From: Thermoplasmatales archaeon
GTDB lineage: Archaea > Thermoplasmatota > E2 > UBA202 > JdFR-43
NCBI GenBank assembly: GCA_014361245.1
Contig: JACIWB010000001.1
Location: 4,622 to 68,621, forward strand
Length of the DNA: 64,000 nt
Reading direction: 5' to 3'
Part shown: in pieces, positions 52,083-62,329 of the stretch
Layout: each line of letters starts with the position of its first letter
How positions within the stretch are numbered: position 1 is the stretch's first letter
Position numbers and translations under genes: made by a program
The notes under the pieces: generated by a model
What the model was told of the DNA's origin: nothing
The model's database searches: none
Seen by the model: the letters and a program-made list of their open reading frames with translations, nothing else

Positions 52083-53671
52083 CAGATATATACGAAAAAA
52101 TAATGGCAATGGCAAAAAGGCGGGGGTTTATATATCCCTCTTACGAAATTTATGGAGGTGAGGCTGGTTTTTATGATTATGGGCCTTTGGGTTGCCTGAT
52201 GAAAAACAACATAGAGAATGAATGGAGAAATTTTTATGTTATTAATGAAGGATTTTATGAGATATCCACACCAGTTATAACTCCTTTTGCAGTTCTGAAG
52301 GCATCTGGTCATGTTGATGAATTCATAGATGAAATAGGATATTGCAAAAAATGTGAATTAAGTTTTAAGGTTGAAGAGTTAAAAAATGGAGCATGCCCTG
52401 TTTGTGGGGGAGATGTTACAAGAAGCGAGGTAAATCTGATGTTTGAGACTGGTATAGGAAGAAAAAAAGAAAAAGCATTTTTGAGGCCAGAGACTGCACA
52501 GGGAATATTTGTTGATTTTCCTTTCCTTTATGAATTTTCAAGAAAGAAAATACCATTTGGAATTGTTCAAATCGGGAAAGGATTCAGAAATGAAGTTTCT
52601 CCAAGGCAGGGAATGATAAGGTTAAGAGAGTTTTCGATGGCTGAAGCTGAAATATTTTTTGATGGAGAAAATAAAAAACATGAGAGATTTAAAGAAATTG
52701 AGAACGAAGAACTGAATGTATTCTATGAAGGAAAGGAAGAGAGAATAAAACTCATAGATGCAATTGGAAAAATATTTGGAAATGAGGCAATTGCATATTA
52801 TCTTGCATTAACAAAAAGATTTTTGATAAAAGTTGGGATAGATGAAAAAAAAATTCGTTTCAGAAAACATGCAAAAGATGAACTTGCCCATTATGCAAAC
52901 GAATGCTGGGATGCGGAGATTTATTCCAGCAGGTTTGGATGGGTTGAATGCGTAGGTATTGCAGACCGTTGCACTTATGATTTAGAAGCCCACATGAAGG
53001 CAACAGGTGTGGATATGAACGCAATAGAAACATTTGATAAGCCAATAAAAATAAGGAAAAAGATAGTAAAGCTAAAAATGGATAAACTGGGGAAAAAATT
53101 TAAAGATAAAGCAAAAATTATTAAGGAAAAATTGGATGGGACTGAATTAAAAGAAAATTTATTTATTGAGATAGATGGAGAAAAATATGAAATAGGCGAG
53201 GAATTTTATGAGATAGTTGAAAAAGAGGAAAATGTATATTTAAGAAAATTTCTGCCACATGTAATAGAACCATCATATGGAATAGATAGAATTTTTTATT
53301 TTATAATGGAGCATAACTACATAGAAAAGGAAAAAGGGGGAGAAAAATATGTGATTCTATCACTTCCACATAATATTGCTCCTATAAAAGCGGGTGTTTT
53401 TCCTCTTGTTGCCAAGGATAATCTGCCGGAAATTGCAAGAGAAATTGAAAAAGAGCTGAGAAGAAATAAAATAATGTCTTTTTATGATGAAAGTGGAAGT
53501 ATAGGAAGAAGATATGCAAGAATGGATGAAATTGGAACACCTTTCTGTATTACTGTTGATTATCAAACAAAAGATGATGATACAGTAACCATAAGATTTA
53601 GAGATACTTCAGAGCAAATAAGAATAAAAAAAGATGAAATAGTTAAATGGATAGAAGGAAGAATTAGATAA
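52079..53671 (+). CDS. glyS: Glycine--tRNA ligase (archaeal/eukaryal alpha2 type)
   Basis: YGGEAGFYDYGPLG, class II motif 2 FRNEVSPRQGMIRLREFSMAE, motif 3 region GIDRIFY; 530 aa. Confidence 0.9.
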   Translation: MTDIYEKIMAMAKRRGFIYPSYEIYGGEAGFYDYGPLGCLMKNNIENEWRNFYVINEGFYEISTPVITPFAVLKASGHVDEFIDEIGYCKKCELSFKVEELKNGACPVCGGDVTRSEVNLMFETGIGRKKEKAFLRPETAQGIFVDFPFLYEFSRKKIPFGIVQIGKGFRNEVSPRQGMIRLREFSMAEAEIFFDGENKKHERFKEIENEELNVFYEGKEERIKLIDAIGKIFGNEAIAYYLALTKRFLIKVGIDEKKIRFRKHAKDELAHYANECWDAEIYSSRFGWVECVGIADRCTYDLEAHMKATGVDMNAIETFDKPIKIRKKIVKLKMDKLGKKFKDKAKIIKEKLDGTELKENLFIEIDGEKYEIGEEFYEIVEKEENVYLRKFLPHVIEPSYGIDRIFYFIMEHNYIEKEKGGEKYVILSLPHNIAPIKAGVFPLVAKDNLPEIAREIEKELRRNKIMSFYDESGSIGRRYARMDEIGTPFCITVDYQTKDDDTVTIRFRDTSEQIRIKKDEIVKWIEGRIR

Positions 53672-55265
53672 ATCCTTTTCTTTTCTTTTCAAGCTCTCTT
53701 AATTCCGCTCTCTTTATCTTACCGCTTATTGTTTTTGGCAGATTTTCAACAAACTCTATTTCTCGGGGATATTTATATGGAGCAGTATTCTGTTTGACAA
53801 ATTCCTGCAGTTCATTAACAAGTTTTTCGCTTGGCTCATATCCCTTTGCAAGAACAACAAATGCCTTAACAATATTCCCTCTTATTTTGTCTGGAGATGC
53901 AACAACAGCCGCTTCCAGAACCGCTGGATGCTTTACAAGAGCATCTTCTACTTCAAAAGGTCCTATCCTATAGCCAGATGATTTTATTACATCATCAGCC
54001 CTTCCCTCAAACCATATATAGCCATCTTCATCTTTTCTTGCAAGGTCACCTGTAAGATAGAAGCCATTTACAGCAATCTCTTCAATTCTCTTGCCATTCC
54101 AGTATCCAACCATAAGCCCGGGATGATTTATTGGCACAGCAATCTGGCCTGTCTGCCCCGCCGGCAAAATATTTCCGTTTTCATCAACTATTTCAATTCC
54201 GGCGCCAGGCATTGGCTTGCCCATTGAGCCAGGCTTCACCTTTATGCCATCGTAGTTGCATACAAGCCCTGTTGTTTCTGTTTGCCCGTAGCCATCATAG
54301 ATAAGAAGGCCATATGCTTTTTTGAATCTATCAATTACTTCTCTATTCAATGCTTCTCCTGCGCTTAAAAACTTTTTCATATCCTTTAAATCATAGCTTT
54401 CTAAATCTTCCTGTGCGAAAAGCCTGTATTCTGTTGGTGTTGAACAAAATCTATTGATGCGATACTTTTCCATCAATTCAAGATATTTTTTTGCATTAAA
54501 TCTGCCATTGTATATCAGCTGTGATGCTCCTATTGCAAGAGCAACTCCTATCGGAGACCAGAACCATTTTGCCCATCCAGGGCTTGTAGTTGCCCATAAC
54601 AGCTCATTTGGTTTTGCGTTCCACCAGTAAACAGCATTTGTTTTTGCCATGCAGTAAATCCATGCATGATTATGCATTACTCCTTTTGGCTCACCTGTAG
54701 TGCCCGAAGTATAGTTTATTGTCATTATATCGCTTGATTTTATCCTTCCATATTCAAAGTTCCTCGATTCTTTCCTTATTTCTTTATAGCTTATCCATCC
54801 ATCTTTTTCTCCATCAACTATGATATAATTCTCCACATTTATTTGATTTCTTACTTCATCAACAAAATTTGTTGAATTGCGATGAGCAATTATTGTTTTT
54901 GCCTCGCTATTGCTTGCTCTATATTCAATATCTTTTGCACGAAGCATATCAGGACATGGAATTACTATTGCCCCCGCTTTAAAGCTTCCTATTTGAGCGA
55001 CAAAAACCTCAGGCAGGCGGGGCATTATTATGAGTATTCTATCCCCTTTTTTCATACCCAAACCCTTTAAAAAGTTTGCAAATCTGTTTGATTCATCTCT
55101 TAATTCCCAATAAGTCATTTTTTCTCTGTTCCCGCTCTCATCTTCATAATATATTGCTACTTTGCCCCTTTCCTTAGCTGTTTTATCAACGACCTCACAT
55201 ATTGAATAATATTCTGGCAGATCCCAATTAAAATTTTTTATCCATTCTTCGTATTTATCCTTCAT
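53664..55265 (-). CDS. AMP-forming acyl-CoA synthetase (acetyl/medium-chain-CoA ligase family)
   Basis: AMP-binding signature YTSGTTGEPKG; YGQTE, GDLARKDEDGYIWFEGRADD; 533 aa. Confidence 0.8.
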   Translation of the reverse strand: MKDKYEEWIKNFNWDLPEYYSICEVVDKTAKERGKVAIYYEDESGNREKMTYWELRDESNRFANFLKGLGMKKGDRILIIMPRLPEVFVAQIGSFKAGAIVIPCPDMLRAKDIEYRASNSEAKTIIAHRNSTNFVDEVRNQINVENYIIVDGEKDGWISYKEIRKESRNFEYGRIKSSDIMTINYTSGTTGEPKGVMHNHAWIYCMAKTNAVYWWNAKPNELLWATTSPGWAKWFWSPIGVALAIGASQLIYNGRFNAKKYLELMEKYRINRFCSTPTEYRLFAQEDLESYDLKDMKKFLSAGEALNREVIDRFKKAYGLLIYDGYGQTETTGLVCNYDGIKVKPGSMGKPMPGAGIEIVDENGNILPAGQTGQIAVPINHPGLMVGYWNGKRIEEIAVNGFYLTGDLARKDEDGYIWFEGRADDVIKSSGYRIGPFEVEDALVKHPAVLEAAVVASPDKIRGNIVKAFVVLAKGYEPSEKLVNELQEFVKQNTAPYKYPREIEFVENLPKTISGKIKRAELRELEKKRKGFI

Positions 55266-55350
55266 GTTTTCTGAAATGTTTTTGATGTTATTAATAATTT
55301 CGCTAAAGCAAATTGATAAAAAATTCTATTTTCTTACTATTTCAAATCCG

Positions 55351-55364
55351 ACATTTTTATATAT
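55351..55364 (+). promoter_or_regulatory. Archaeal TATA box/BRE candidate for the HMG-CoA synthase operon
   Basis: TTTTTATATAT centred ~26 nt upstream of the ATG at 55385 (leaderless-type spacing) in a divergent intergenic region. Confidence 0.4.
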
Positions 55365-55384
55365 GCAAAAATTATGTTGCAGTA

Positions 55385-56407
55385 ATGAGCTATATAGTGA
55401 GTTATGGGGCTTATGTTCCAAAATATAGAATAAAGGTTGAAGAAATAGCTCGCGTATGGGGAAGAGATGCAAAAGCGATTTCATCTGGCTTATATATTTT
55501 TGAAAAATCTGTTCCTGCAATAGATGAAGATACTGCAACAATATCTGTTGAGGCAGCGAGAAAAGCGGTTAAAGCTGGCAGGATAAATCCAAAAGAGATA
55601 GGGGCAATTTATGTGGGCTCTGAAAGTCATCCGTATGCAGTGAAGCCAACAGCAACAATAGTGGCTGAGGCAATAGAAGCAACCCCATGCCTGACAGCAG
55701 CTGACTATGAATTCGCCTGCAAGGCGGGCACCGCCGGCATGCAGAATTGCATCGCTCTGGTAAAATCAGGAATGATAAAATATGGCATGGCGATAGGGGC
55801 GGATGTGGCGCAGGCCGCGCCTGGCGATGCTCTTGAATATACTGCTGCTGCTGGGGGGGCTGCATTTATTATAGGGAATGATGGAATAGCGAAAATAAAT
55901 TGCACTCTTTCCTTCACCACCGATACACCTGATTTCTGGAGAAGGGAAGGGGAGGCTTATCCAGGGCATGGAGAGCGATTTACGGGTGAGCCAGCTTATT
56001 TCCGCCATGTTACAAATGCGGCTAAAATGCTGATGGAAAAAATGGGAACAAAGGCTAGTGATTACACTTATGCGGTTTTTCATCAGCCAAACGGAAAATT
56101 TCCAACGAGGGTTGCAAAAATTCTTGGTTTTGAAAAGAAGCAGATAGAGCAGGGATTGCTATGCCCTCATATCGGCAATACATATTCCGGCTCGACAATG
56201 CTTGGACTTGCTTCAATTTTAGATGTCGCGAAAAGTGGAGATAGAATATTTGCGGTTTCATATGGCTCAGGGGCTGGCTCGGATGCATTCGATATAACTG
56301 TTACTGATAAAATTGAGGGTTATGAGAGATGCAATTTAAGGAAAATGATAGAAAATAAGAAATATGTTGATTATTCAACCTATATGAAATTTAGAGGTGA
56401 AATATGA
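55385..56407 (+). CDS. Hydroxymethylglutaryl-CoA synthase (archaeal)
   Basis: [16 protein letters not shown] start; active-site Cys context [11 protein letters not shown]; ~340 aa. Start moved to the internal Met 55385 from the track's 55313. Confidence 0.85.
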   Translation: MSYIVSYGAYVPKYRIKVEEIARVWGRDAKAISSGLYIFEKSVPAIDEDTATISVEAARKAVKAGRINPKEIGAIYVGSESHPYAVKPTATIVAEAIEATPCLTAADYEFACKAGTAGMQNCIALVKSGMIKYGMAIGADVAQAAPGDALEYTAAAGGAAFIIGNDGIAKINCTLSFTTDTPDFWRREGEAYPGHGERFTGEPAYFRHVTNAAKMLMEKMGTKASDYTYAVFHQPNGKFPTRVAKILGFEKKQIEQGLLCPHIGNTYSGSTMLGLASILDVAKSGDRIFAVSYGSGAGSDAFDITVTDKIEGYERCNLRKMIENKKYVDYSTYMKFRGEI

Positions 56408-57570
56408 GAGATGTGGCAGTTATAGGAGTTGGCATGACTGAATTTGGTGAGCTATGGGAAAAATCCTTCCGTGAGCTTGTTGGTGAGGCAGGAATAAAGG
56501 CAATTGAAGATGCTGGAATAGAAGGAGAAAAGATAAATGCCCTATATTTGGGAGGAATGTCAGCGGGTCGCTTTGTGGGACAGGAACATATAGCAAGTAT
56601 TGCAATAGAAGTGGCTGGCTTACAGGATTTGCATATTCCCTCAACAAGGGTTGAAGCCGCATGCGCATCTGGAGGGGTTGCAATGCATCAGGCATATATG
56701 GCGGTGGCAAGCGGGATGTATGATATAGTCGTGGTAGGTGGAGCGGAAAAAATGACAGATGTGGTTGGGGGAGAAGCGACGGATATACTTGCATCTGCAG
56801 CAGATAGGGAATGGGAGGCATTTCTTGGTCTGACATTTCCTGGTTTATATGCTCTTATGGCAAGATATCACATGCACAAATATGGCACAACTCAGGAACA
56901 GCTTGCGATGGTAGCAGTGAAGAATCATTATAATGGAAGTTTGAATCCAAAAGCCCAGTTCAGGAACAGAATAACGGTTGAGGATGTTCTCAATTCACAG
57001 ATTGTTGCGGACCCTCTTCACCTTCTTGATTGCAGTCCAATAAGCGATGGCTCAGCTGCGGTAGTGCTTGCTCCTCTTGAATTTGCCAAAAAGCACTGCG
57101 AAAAGCCAGTTAAAATTTCTGCGAGCGTGCAGGCAAATGATGCAATTTCATTGCATCGCAGGAAGGTTTTTGATGGCATACCAGCAGCCCAATATGCGGC
57201 AAGAAAAGCTTATAAGATGGCAGGAATTGAGCCAAAGGATATTGATATTGCAGAAGTTCATGATTGTTTTACAATCGCTGAAATTATGGCAATTGAAGAT
57301 TTGGGATTTTTTGAAAAGGGTAAAGGAGGAAAAGCAACTGAAGAGGGCTTAACATCTCTTGATGGAGAAATTCCAGTAAATACCTCGGGAGGGCTCAAAG
57401 CGAAAGGTCATCCTGTTGGAGCAACTGGGGTTGCCCAAATAATTGAAATTGTTCAACAGCTAAGAGGTGAGGCGGGGCAAAGGCAGGTAAAGGATGCAAA
57501 AATAGGGCTAACACATAATATAGGAGGTTCAGGTGGAACAGCGGTTGTGCATATTCTGGAGGTGATATGA
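56404..57570 (+). CDS. Acetyl-CoA C-acetyltransferase (archaeal thiolase)
   Basis: 388 aa; thiolase fold with active-site Cys (VEAACASGG), C-terminal GGSGG/His region; 4-nt overlaps on both sides. Confidence 0.85.
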   Translation: MRDVAVIGVGMTEFGELWEKSFRELVGEAGIKAIEDAGIEGEKINALYLGGMSAGRFVGQEHIASIAIEVAGLQDLHIPSTRVEAACASGGVAMHQAYMAVASGMYDIVVVGGAEKMTDVVGGEATDILASAADREWEAFLGLTFPGLYALMARYHMHKYGTTQEQLAMVAVKNHYNGSLNPKAQFRNRITVEDVLNSQIVADPLHLLDCSPISDGSAAVVLAPLEFAKKHCEKPVKISASVQANDAISLHRRKVFDGIPAAQYAARKAYKMAGIEPKDIDIAEVHDCFTIAEIMAIEDLGFFEKGKGGKATEEGLTSLDGEIPVNTSGGLKAKGHPVGATGVAQIIEIVQQLRGEAGQRQVKDAKIGLTHNIGGSGGTAVVHILEVI

Positions 57571-57971
57571 TGGGAGTTGCTCGCTACTGGCGTGAGATAC
57601 CTGCGAGATACAATCTTGTAGGGAGCAAATGCAATGTATGCGGAGAAATATTTTTCCCTCCAATTAAAATTTGCCCGAATTGTAGGAGGAAATCGATTGG
57701 AAAAATTGAAGATTATAAGTTGAAAGGCACTGGAATCGTTGAAAGTTTTACAATCATAAAAAATGCTCCCCCAGAATTTGAAAAGAATGTTCCTTACGCA
57801 ATTGCCATTATAAAAATGGAGGAGGATTGCTATGTAACCGGTGAAATAGTTGATTGTGAGCTCGATGAAATCCAAATAGGAATGAAAGTTGAGGTTTGCT
57901 TCAGGCGCATCCAGCAGGATGGCAGTGCAGGAGCAATATATTATGGCTACAAGTTCAGGAAAGCAGATTAA
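57567..57971 (+). CDS. DUF35 OB-fold/zinc-ribbon protein (scaffold of the thiolase/HMGCS complex)
   Basis: Zn-ribbon [18 protein letters not shown] followed by an OB-fold; 134 aa; canonical position after the thiolase. Confidence 0.8.
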   Translation: MMGVARYWREIPARYNLVGSKCNVCGEIFFPPIKICPNCRRKSIGKIEDYKLKGTGIVESFTIIKNAPPEFEKNVPYAIAIIKMEEDCYVTGEIVDCELDEIQIGMKVEVCFRRIQQDGSAGAIYYGYKFRKAD

Positions 57972-57972
57972 T

Positions 57973-58695
57973 ATGTTCGGAGTATATGGATTAAATTTGA
58001 AAATTGAGGAAGGGGATATAAAAATAGAGTTAGCTGGTGATGGAAAAGAGAAAAATTATTTCAGAAAAGTTGGAGATGAATCTGTTGAGAAAAAAATTTA
58101 TGCAGATAGAGGGGAAATTATTGTTTCTCCAGTTCCTCCTGTAAATCTGCCAGTTAATGTTTCAAATCATCTAATGATAGAGTTTGATAAAAGCATTTTT
58201 ATTGAGCCTGGAGTGGAGCAAAAAATATTTATTAAATTTCCTCTTGAGATAGGTGTTTTTCTATCAGATGAAAAGGATGTTGAGCCATTTGATATTTTTA
58301 CAAAGACAAAATTAAAATATACACTCTATGGGCGCCCTGAAGATGGGTTTGTATGCAGGTGGTGGAAAAGTGAGGTATATGAAAAAATTCCTAGCATTGA
58401 GAAATTATATGAAGGGGTTATTGAGCTGAAAATTAAGAACAATTATAATGAATGGACTGAAATAAATAAAATTGTTTTTAACACAATTAACATGAAAATT
58501 TTCTATAAGGATTATGCATATTGTTCTGCAAATCTTGAAATAGTTAAGAAGAGTATTGGAAAAACATATTTTAATGAAAAAATTGAAGGAATGAAGGGGG
58601 CAGTAGATTTATATCTTGCAAAGAGTAGAAAACTTGGAATTTCTCTTGTAAAAGAAATTGAAAAAGAATTTTTCATGGAGCGTGGTTTTAAATGA
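57973..58695 (+). CDS. Hypothetical conserved archaeal protein
   Basis: ~240 aa from internal Met MFGVYGLNLKIEEG...; no motif recognised. The track ORF start 57889 overlaps the DUF35 gene. Confidence 0.35.
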   Translation: MFGVYGLNLKIEEGDIKIELAGDGKEKNYFRKVGDESVEKKIYADRGEIIVSPVPPVNLPVNVSNHLMIEFDKSIFIEPGVEQKIFIKFPLEIGVFLSDEKDVEPFDIFTKTKLKYTLYGRPEDGFVCRWWKSEVYEKIPSIEKLYEGVIELKIKNNYNEWTEINKIVFNTINMKIFYKDYAYCSANLEIVKKSIGKTYFNEKIEGMKGAVDLYLAKSRKLGISLVKEIEKEFFMERGFK

Positions 58696-59492
58696 CAATA
58701 TGGGATATCCTTAAATATAAAATAGCAGGAATTGAGATTGAAGCGATATTGAAATTTATAGGAGCAATTCTTATTATAGTAATAGTAGCAAAAGTTGTCA
58801 GAATAAATATAAGGAGAGGACTAAAGGATAAACTACCCGATGCAACTGTTAAAAATTTTGAAAAATTTGCATATTATATCATAATAATAATTGGTTTTGT
58901 TGCATCTCTTTCAATTATAGGTATTTCTTTATCTGGCCTGCTTGTGGCTGGAGGAATTCTTGGTATAGTAATTGGTTTTGCCAGCCAGACAGTTGTTTCA
59001 AATCTTTTAAGCGGTATATTTCTTGTAATTGAAAGACCAATTGGGATAGGAGATGCAGTAAGAATAGAAGATGTTGATGGAATTGTTGAGGAGATAAAGA
59101 TTCTATCAACAACAATAAGGACATGGGATGGGATATATGCCCGCTTTCCAAATGAAAAAGTTTTTACATCAAAGATATACAACTATTATAGTAGCCCTGT
59201 AAGGAGATTTGAGTATAAAATAGGGATAAGATATAGTGATGACGCAAACAAGGCAATAGATATAATAAAAAGAGTGCTTGAAGAGCATCCTTTTGTTCTT
59301 AAACAACCAGAGCCAATTGTTTTTGTTGATGAACTTGGTGAGAGTAGCGTAAATTTATCAGTTAGAATATGGGCTCCTTCCGCTGTGTGGTTTTCTGTAA
59401 AAACTGAAATGCTATGGAAAATAAAAGTTGCTCTTGAGAAAGAAGGAATTCAGATACCATTCCCACAGCGTGTGATATGGATGGCAAAATAA
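58692..59492 (+). CDS. Small-conductance mechanosensitive channel (MscS family)
   Basis: 3 TM helices then the conserved MscS beta-domain PIGIGDAVRIEDVDGIVEEIKILSTTIRTWDG; 266 aa. Confidence 0.8.
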   Translation: MTIWDILKYKIAGIEIEAILKFIGAILIIVIVAKVVRINIRRGLKDKLPDATVKNFEKFAYYIIIIIGFVASLSIIGISLSGLLVAGGILGIVIGFASQTVVSNLLSGIFLVIERPIGIGDAVRIEDVDGIVEEIKILSTTIRTWDGIYARFPNEKVFTSKIYNYYSSPVRRFEYKIGIRYSDDANKAIDIIKRVLEEHPFVLKQPEPIVFVDELGESSVNLSVRIWAPSAVWFSVKTEMLWKIKVALEKEGIQIPFPQRVIWMAK

Positions 59493-59866
59493 TTTTTTCA
59501 ATAGGTTATTCAAACAGAAGCAAGGAAGAATTCCTTGACTTACTGAAAGAATACAAAATTGAAGCAATTGCTGATGTAAGACGCTTCCCTACTTCAAAAA
59601 TTGAAATTTATAAGAAGGAAAATTTAAAAAGAATTCTTGATAAAATTGAATACTTCCATTTTGAAAATCTCGGAGGCTTGAGATATGACTATGCTAACTG
59701 GATGGAAAGTGAGGAATGGAAAAAGGATTATGAAAAACTAAAAGAAATAGCGGAAGCAAAAAGAACCGCAATTCTTTGCGCCGAAAAGAAGCCAGCTGCG
59801 TGTCACAGAAGGCATATATTGAAAAAGATGGAGGAGGAAGGATGGGAAGTTATAAATATAATATAG
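59477..59866 (+). CDS. DUF488-family protein
   Basis: IIFSIGYSNRSKEEFLDLLKEYKIEAIADVRRFPTSK matches the DUF488 N-terminal signature; 129 aa. Confidence 0.65.
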   Translation: MDGKIIFSIGYSNRSKEEFLDLLKEYKIEAIADVRRFPTSKIEIYKKENLKRILDKIEYFHFENLGGLRYDYANWMESEEWKKDYEKLKEIAEAKRTAILCAEKKPAACHRRHILKKMEEEGWEVINII

Positions 59867-60459
59867 AAAAGCAAAAAATCAGGGAAGAAATATGGAAGAA
59901 AATGGAAGAAATGAAAATAGCAATATTTCCGTATGCATATGGAAGAATACCAAATTTTACTGGAAGTGATATAGCTGGAAATAAAGTAACAATACTTGAA
60001 GAATGGAAAAAAGCTAAAATTGTATTTTCAAATCCAGATTTTGCACAGCAAAAAGTTAGAGAAAATGCTTTAAGAGCGGATAAAATTTTGATAATGGCTT
60101 CTCCAAAATTAAAGCATGGTTTTATAAGAGTTGATCCATCTATAGTTAAGGATAAGGAAAGGTTTGCAAGCACAATTTCTGGAGCATTTATTTATGGAAA
60201 AATAATTGACGAGCTTATAAAACCTGATTTAATAATCACTGGATGTGTGGCGGTTGATGAAGAAAATTTTATTCGCCTTGGAAAAGGAGGAGGATATGGA
60301 GATAGAGAAATAAAAATGATTGAAGAAAAATTTGGTAAAGTTCCAGTGATAACAACAGTTCATGATATTCAGGTTGTTAAAAATATTCCTTTCGATGAAA
60401 ATGATGCAAGAGTTGATATAGTAGTTACTCCAACAAGAATAATAAGAAGGAAAATATGA
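59842..60459 (+). CDS. 5-formyltetrahydrofolate cyclo-ligase-family protein
   Basis: GKGGGYGDRE (family G-GGGYYD motif region); ~205 aa from Met MGSYKYN. Overlaps the DUF488 gene end by ~25 nt in another frame. Confidence 0.55.
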   Translation: MGSYKYNIEKQKIREEIWKKMEEMKIAIFPYAYGRIPNFTGSDIAGNKVTILEEWKKAKIVFSNPDFAQQKVRENALRADKILIMASPKLKHGFIRVDPSIVKDKERFASTISGAFIYGKIIDELIKPDLIITGCVAVDEENFIRLGKGGGYGDREIKMIEEKFGKVPVITTVHDIQVVKNIPFDENDARVDIVVTPTRIIRRKI

Positions 60460-60504
60460 AATAAAAATTTATCAAAATATTTTTATCCTCCGATATATAA
60501 AGGT

Positions 60505-60729
60505 ATGATGAACTATTTGCTATTGCTTCTTACCGCCCTGCTTGCATTTACATGGGGTATGCTGTTTGCATTCTGGCTTATATTTGCAAGAACAGCAAGC
60601 AAGCTATCTTATTTAATAGAGGAGATAAGCAAGGGAGAATTAAAACTTGAAGAGGTTTATCAATTGATAAAAAATGTTATAGATAAAGCATATGAAGAAA
60701 TAAAGAAAGGTAAAAATGAAAATCTTTGA
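60505..60729 (+). CDS. Small membrane protein (1 TM + amphipathic helix)
   Basis: 74 aa; overlaps the next membrane protein gene by 14 nt. Confidence 0.25.
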   Translation: MMNYLLLLLTALLAFTWGMLFAFWLIFARTASKLSYLIEEISKGELKLEEVYQLIKNVIDKAYEEIKKGKNENL

Positions 60730-61318
60730 TGCAATAAATGAGATTTATAAACAAATTCAGAAGACAAGACATAGCTTGAGTCATCTTTATAAAGTTCTTA
60801 TATTCATAACTCCTTTTCTTACAATAGCATTTTATTTTGTATTCGTTTTTGATTATCTGCCAAGCGAAATTGATGCAAAATATGCAGGGCTTGTTGTTGC
60901 TTATCTTTTTCCTCCTCTTGGAAAAGAATCAATTATTCCTTTAATGCTTTTTAGTGATATTCCAGCGTGGATAACAGGCAGCACAATAATAATAATGGAT
61001 ATAATTTCATCTGCAATAATTGCATATAACTGGTGGTTTGCAGAACTTATAATTTATCATATTCCCTATCTGGATAAGGGTTATGACAAACTGAAAAAGA
61101 AATCAGAAAACTTTAGCAAAAGAAAACTTGTTACAGTTGCCATGATAATTTTTATGGCTGTTCCTTTTCAGGGAACTGGAGGAATAAGCACAACAATACT
61201 ATCCCGCCTTCTTGGCTTCAAAGCAAAAAAAACAGTTGCAATTGTTGCTCTTGGCTCATCAATAACAACATCTCTCATGATAATGGCTTATCTCGGGCTA
61301 TTTAATTTCATTTATTAG
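60716..61318 (+). CDS. Hypothetical integral membrane protein (4-5 TM)
   Basis: 200 aa, hydrophobic; no family motif assigned. Confidence 0.35.
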   Translation: MKIFDAINEIYKQIQKTRHSLSHLYKVLIFITPFLTIAFYFVFVFDYLPSEIDAKYAGLVVAYLFPPLGKESIIPLMLFSDIPAWITGSTIIIMDIISSAIIAYNWWFAELIIYHIPYLDKGYDKLKKKSENFSKRKLVTVAMIIFMAVPFQGTGGISTTILSRLLGFKAKKTVAIVALGSSITTSLMIMAYLGLFNFIY

Positions 61319-62254
61319 CCACTTTGCCGCAAGTTGCACCGCCTCCTTGCTCGAGTATTTTGGCTTCCAACCAGTTCGCATTATTTTTGAGATATCAAGT
61401 GTCATGAATTTTACATCTCCTTTCCAACCTCTCCCGTCAATTCCTCCTGTGAAATAATATTCTGGCTTTACATTCATTTCCTCACTTATTATATCAGCTA
61501 TTTCCTTTACTTCTATGCTATCAAGAGAGCCGATATTATATATTTCTACTTTACCCTTCCATCTTTCAATTGTATGAAAAATTGCATCTATGCAATCATC
61601 TATATAAAGATATGATTTTCTCTGTTTTCCATCTCCAAGTATTTCAAGTTTTTCTCTGTTGGCTTGCAATTTTTTTATAAAATCATATATAACTCCATGT
61701 GTTGATCTACCTCCAACAACATTTGCAAATCTGTAAATTATTGTTTGCATGTCAAAAGTATGGCAATATGAGCAAATCATTGCTTCACAAGCAAGCTTTG
61801 TTGCTCCATAGATAGAAATTGGAATAAGGGGAGAATAATCCTCTGGAGTTGGTATTTTTTCAGCATCTCCATATACAGCTGAGGAGGATGTAAATATTAT
61901 TTTTTTAACTCCTTCCTTCCTCATTCCTTCGAGCAAATTATATGTTGCAATAACATTATTTTCAAATATCGATTTTGTATTTTTTTCTCCCGCCCTTACA
62001 TCTGGATTTGCTGCAAGATGAAAAACAATTTCACAATCTTTAACTGCATTAATTGCAACTCTTTTACTTAGTAGATCTCCCTTTATAAGCTCTATTTCTT
62101 TAATGTTTTTCTCAATAAATTCAATTTTTCCGGATGAAAAGTTATCAACGCATCTTACTTCATATCCTCTCTCAAGCAAATGCTCAACAAGGTGACTTCC
62201 TATAAATCCTGCTCCACCTGTAACCAGAACTTTCATAAGAGAAAATAAAATCAT
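61298..62254 (-). CDS. NAD-dependent sugar-nucleotide epimerase/dehydratase (UDP-glucose 4-epimerase-like)
   Basis: KVLVTGGAGFIGSHL Rossmann motif, catalytic YGATK (YxxxK); 318 aa. Confidence 0.8.
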   Translation of the reverse strand: MILFSLMKVLVTGGAGFIGSHLVEHLLERGYEVRCVDNFSSGKIEFIEKNIKEIELIKGDLLSKRVAINAVKDCEIVFHLAANPDVRAGEKNTKSIFENNVIATYNLLEGMRKEGVKKIIFTSSSAVYGDAEKIPTPEDYSPLIPISIYGATKLACEAMICSYCHTFDMQTIIYRFANVVGGRSTHGVIYDFIKKLQANREKLEILGDGKQRKSYLYIDDCIDAIFHTIERWKGKVEIYNIGSLDSIEVKEIADIISEEMNVKPEYYFTGGIDGRGWKGDVKFMTLDISKIMRTGWKPKYSSKEAVQLAAKWLINEIK

Positions 62255-62329
62255 TTAAAAATATTTTTCTTTAACAAAATTGCAAACAATATGGAAAAAG
62301 TTATTTATTAGTAAATCAATTTTACTCAG

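Noticed and set aside
55569-56836. Several Pro/Gln/Leu-rich minus-strand ORFs within the HMGCS/thiolase region
   Set aside because: Artefacts of locally higher GC in highly conserved genes; antisense to high-confidence CDSs.
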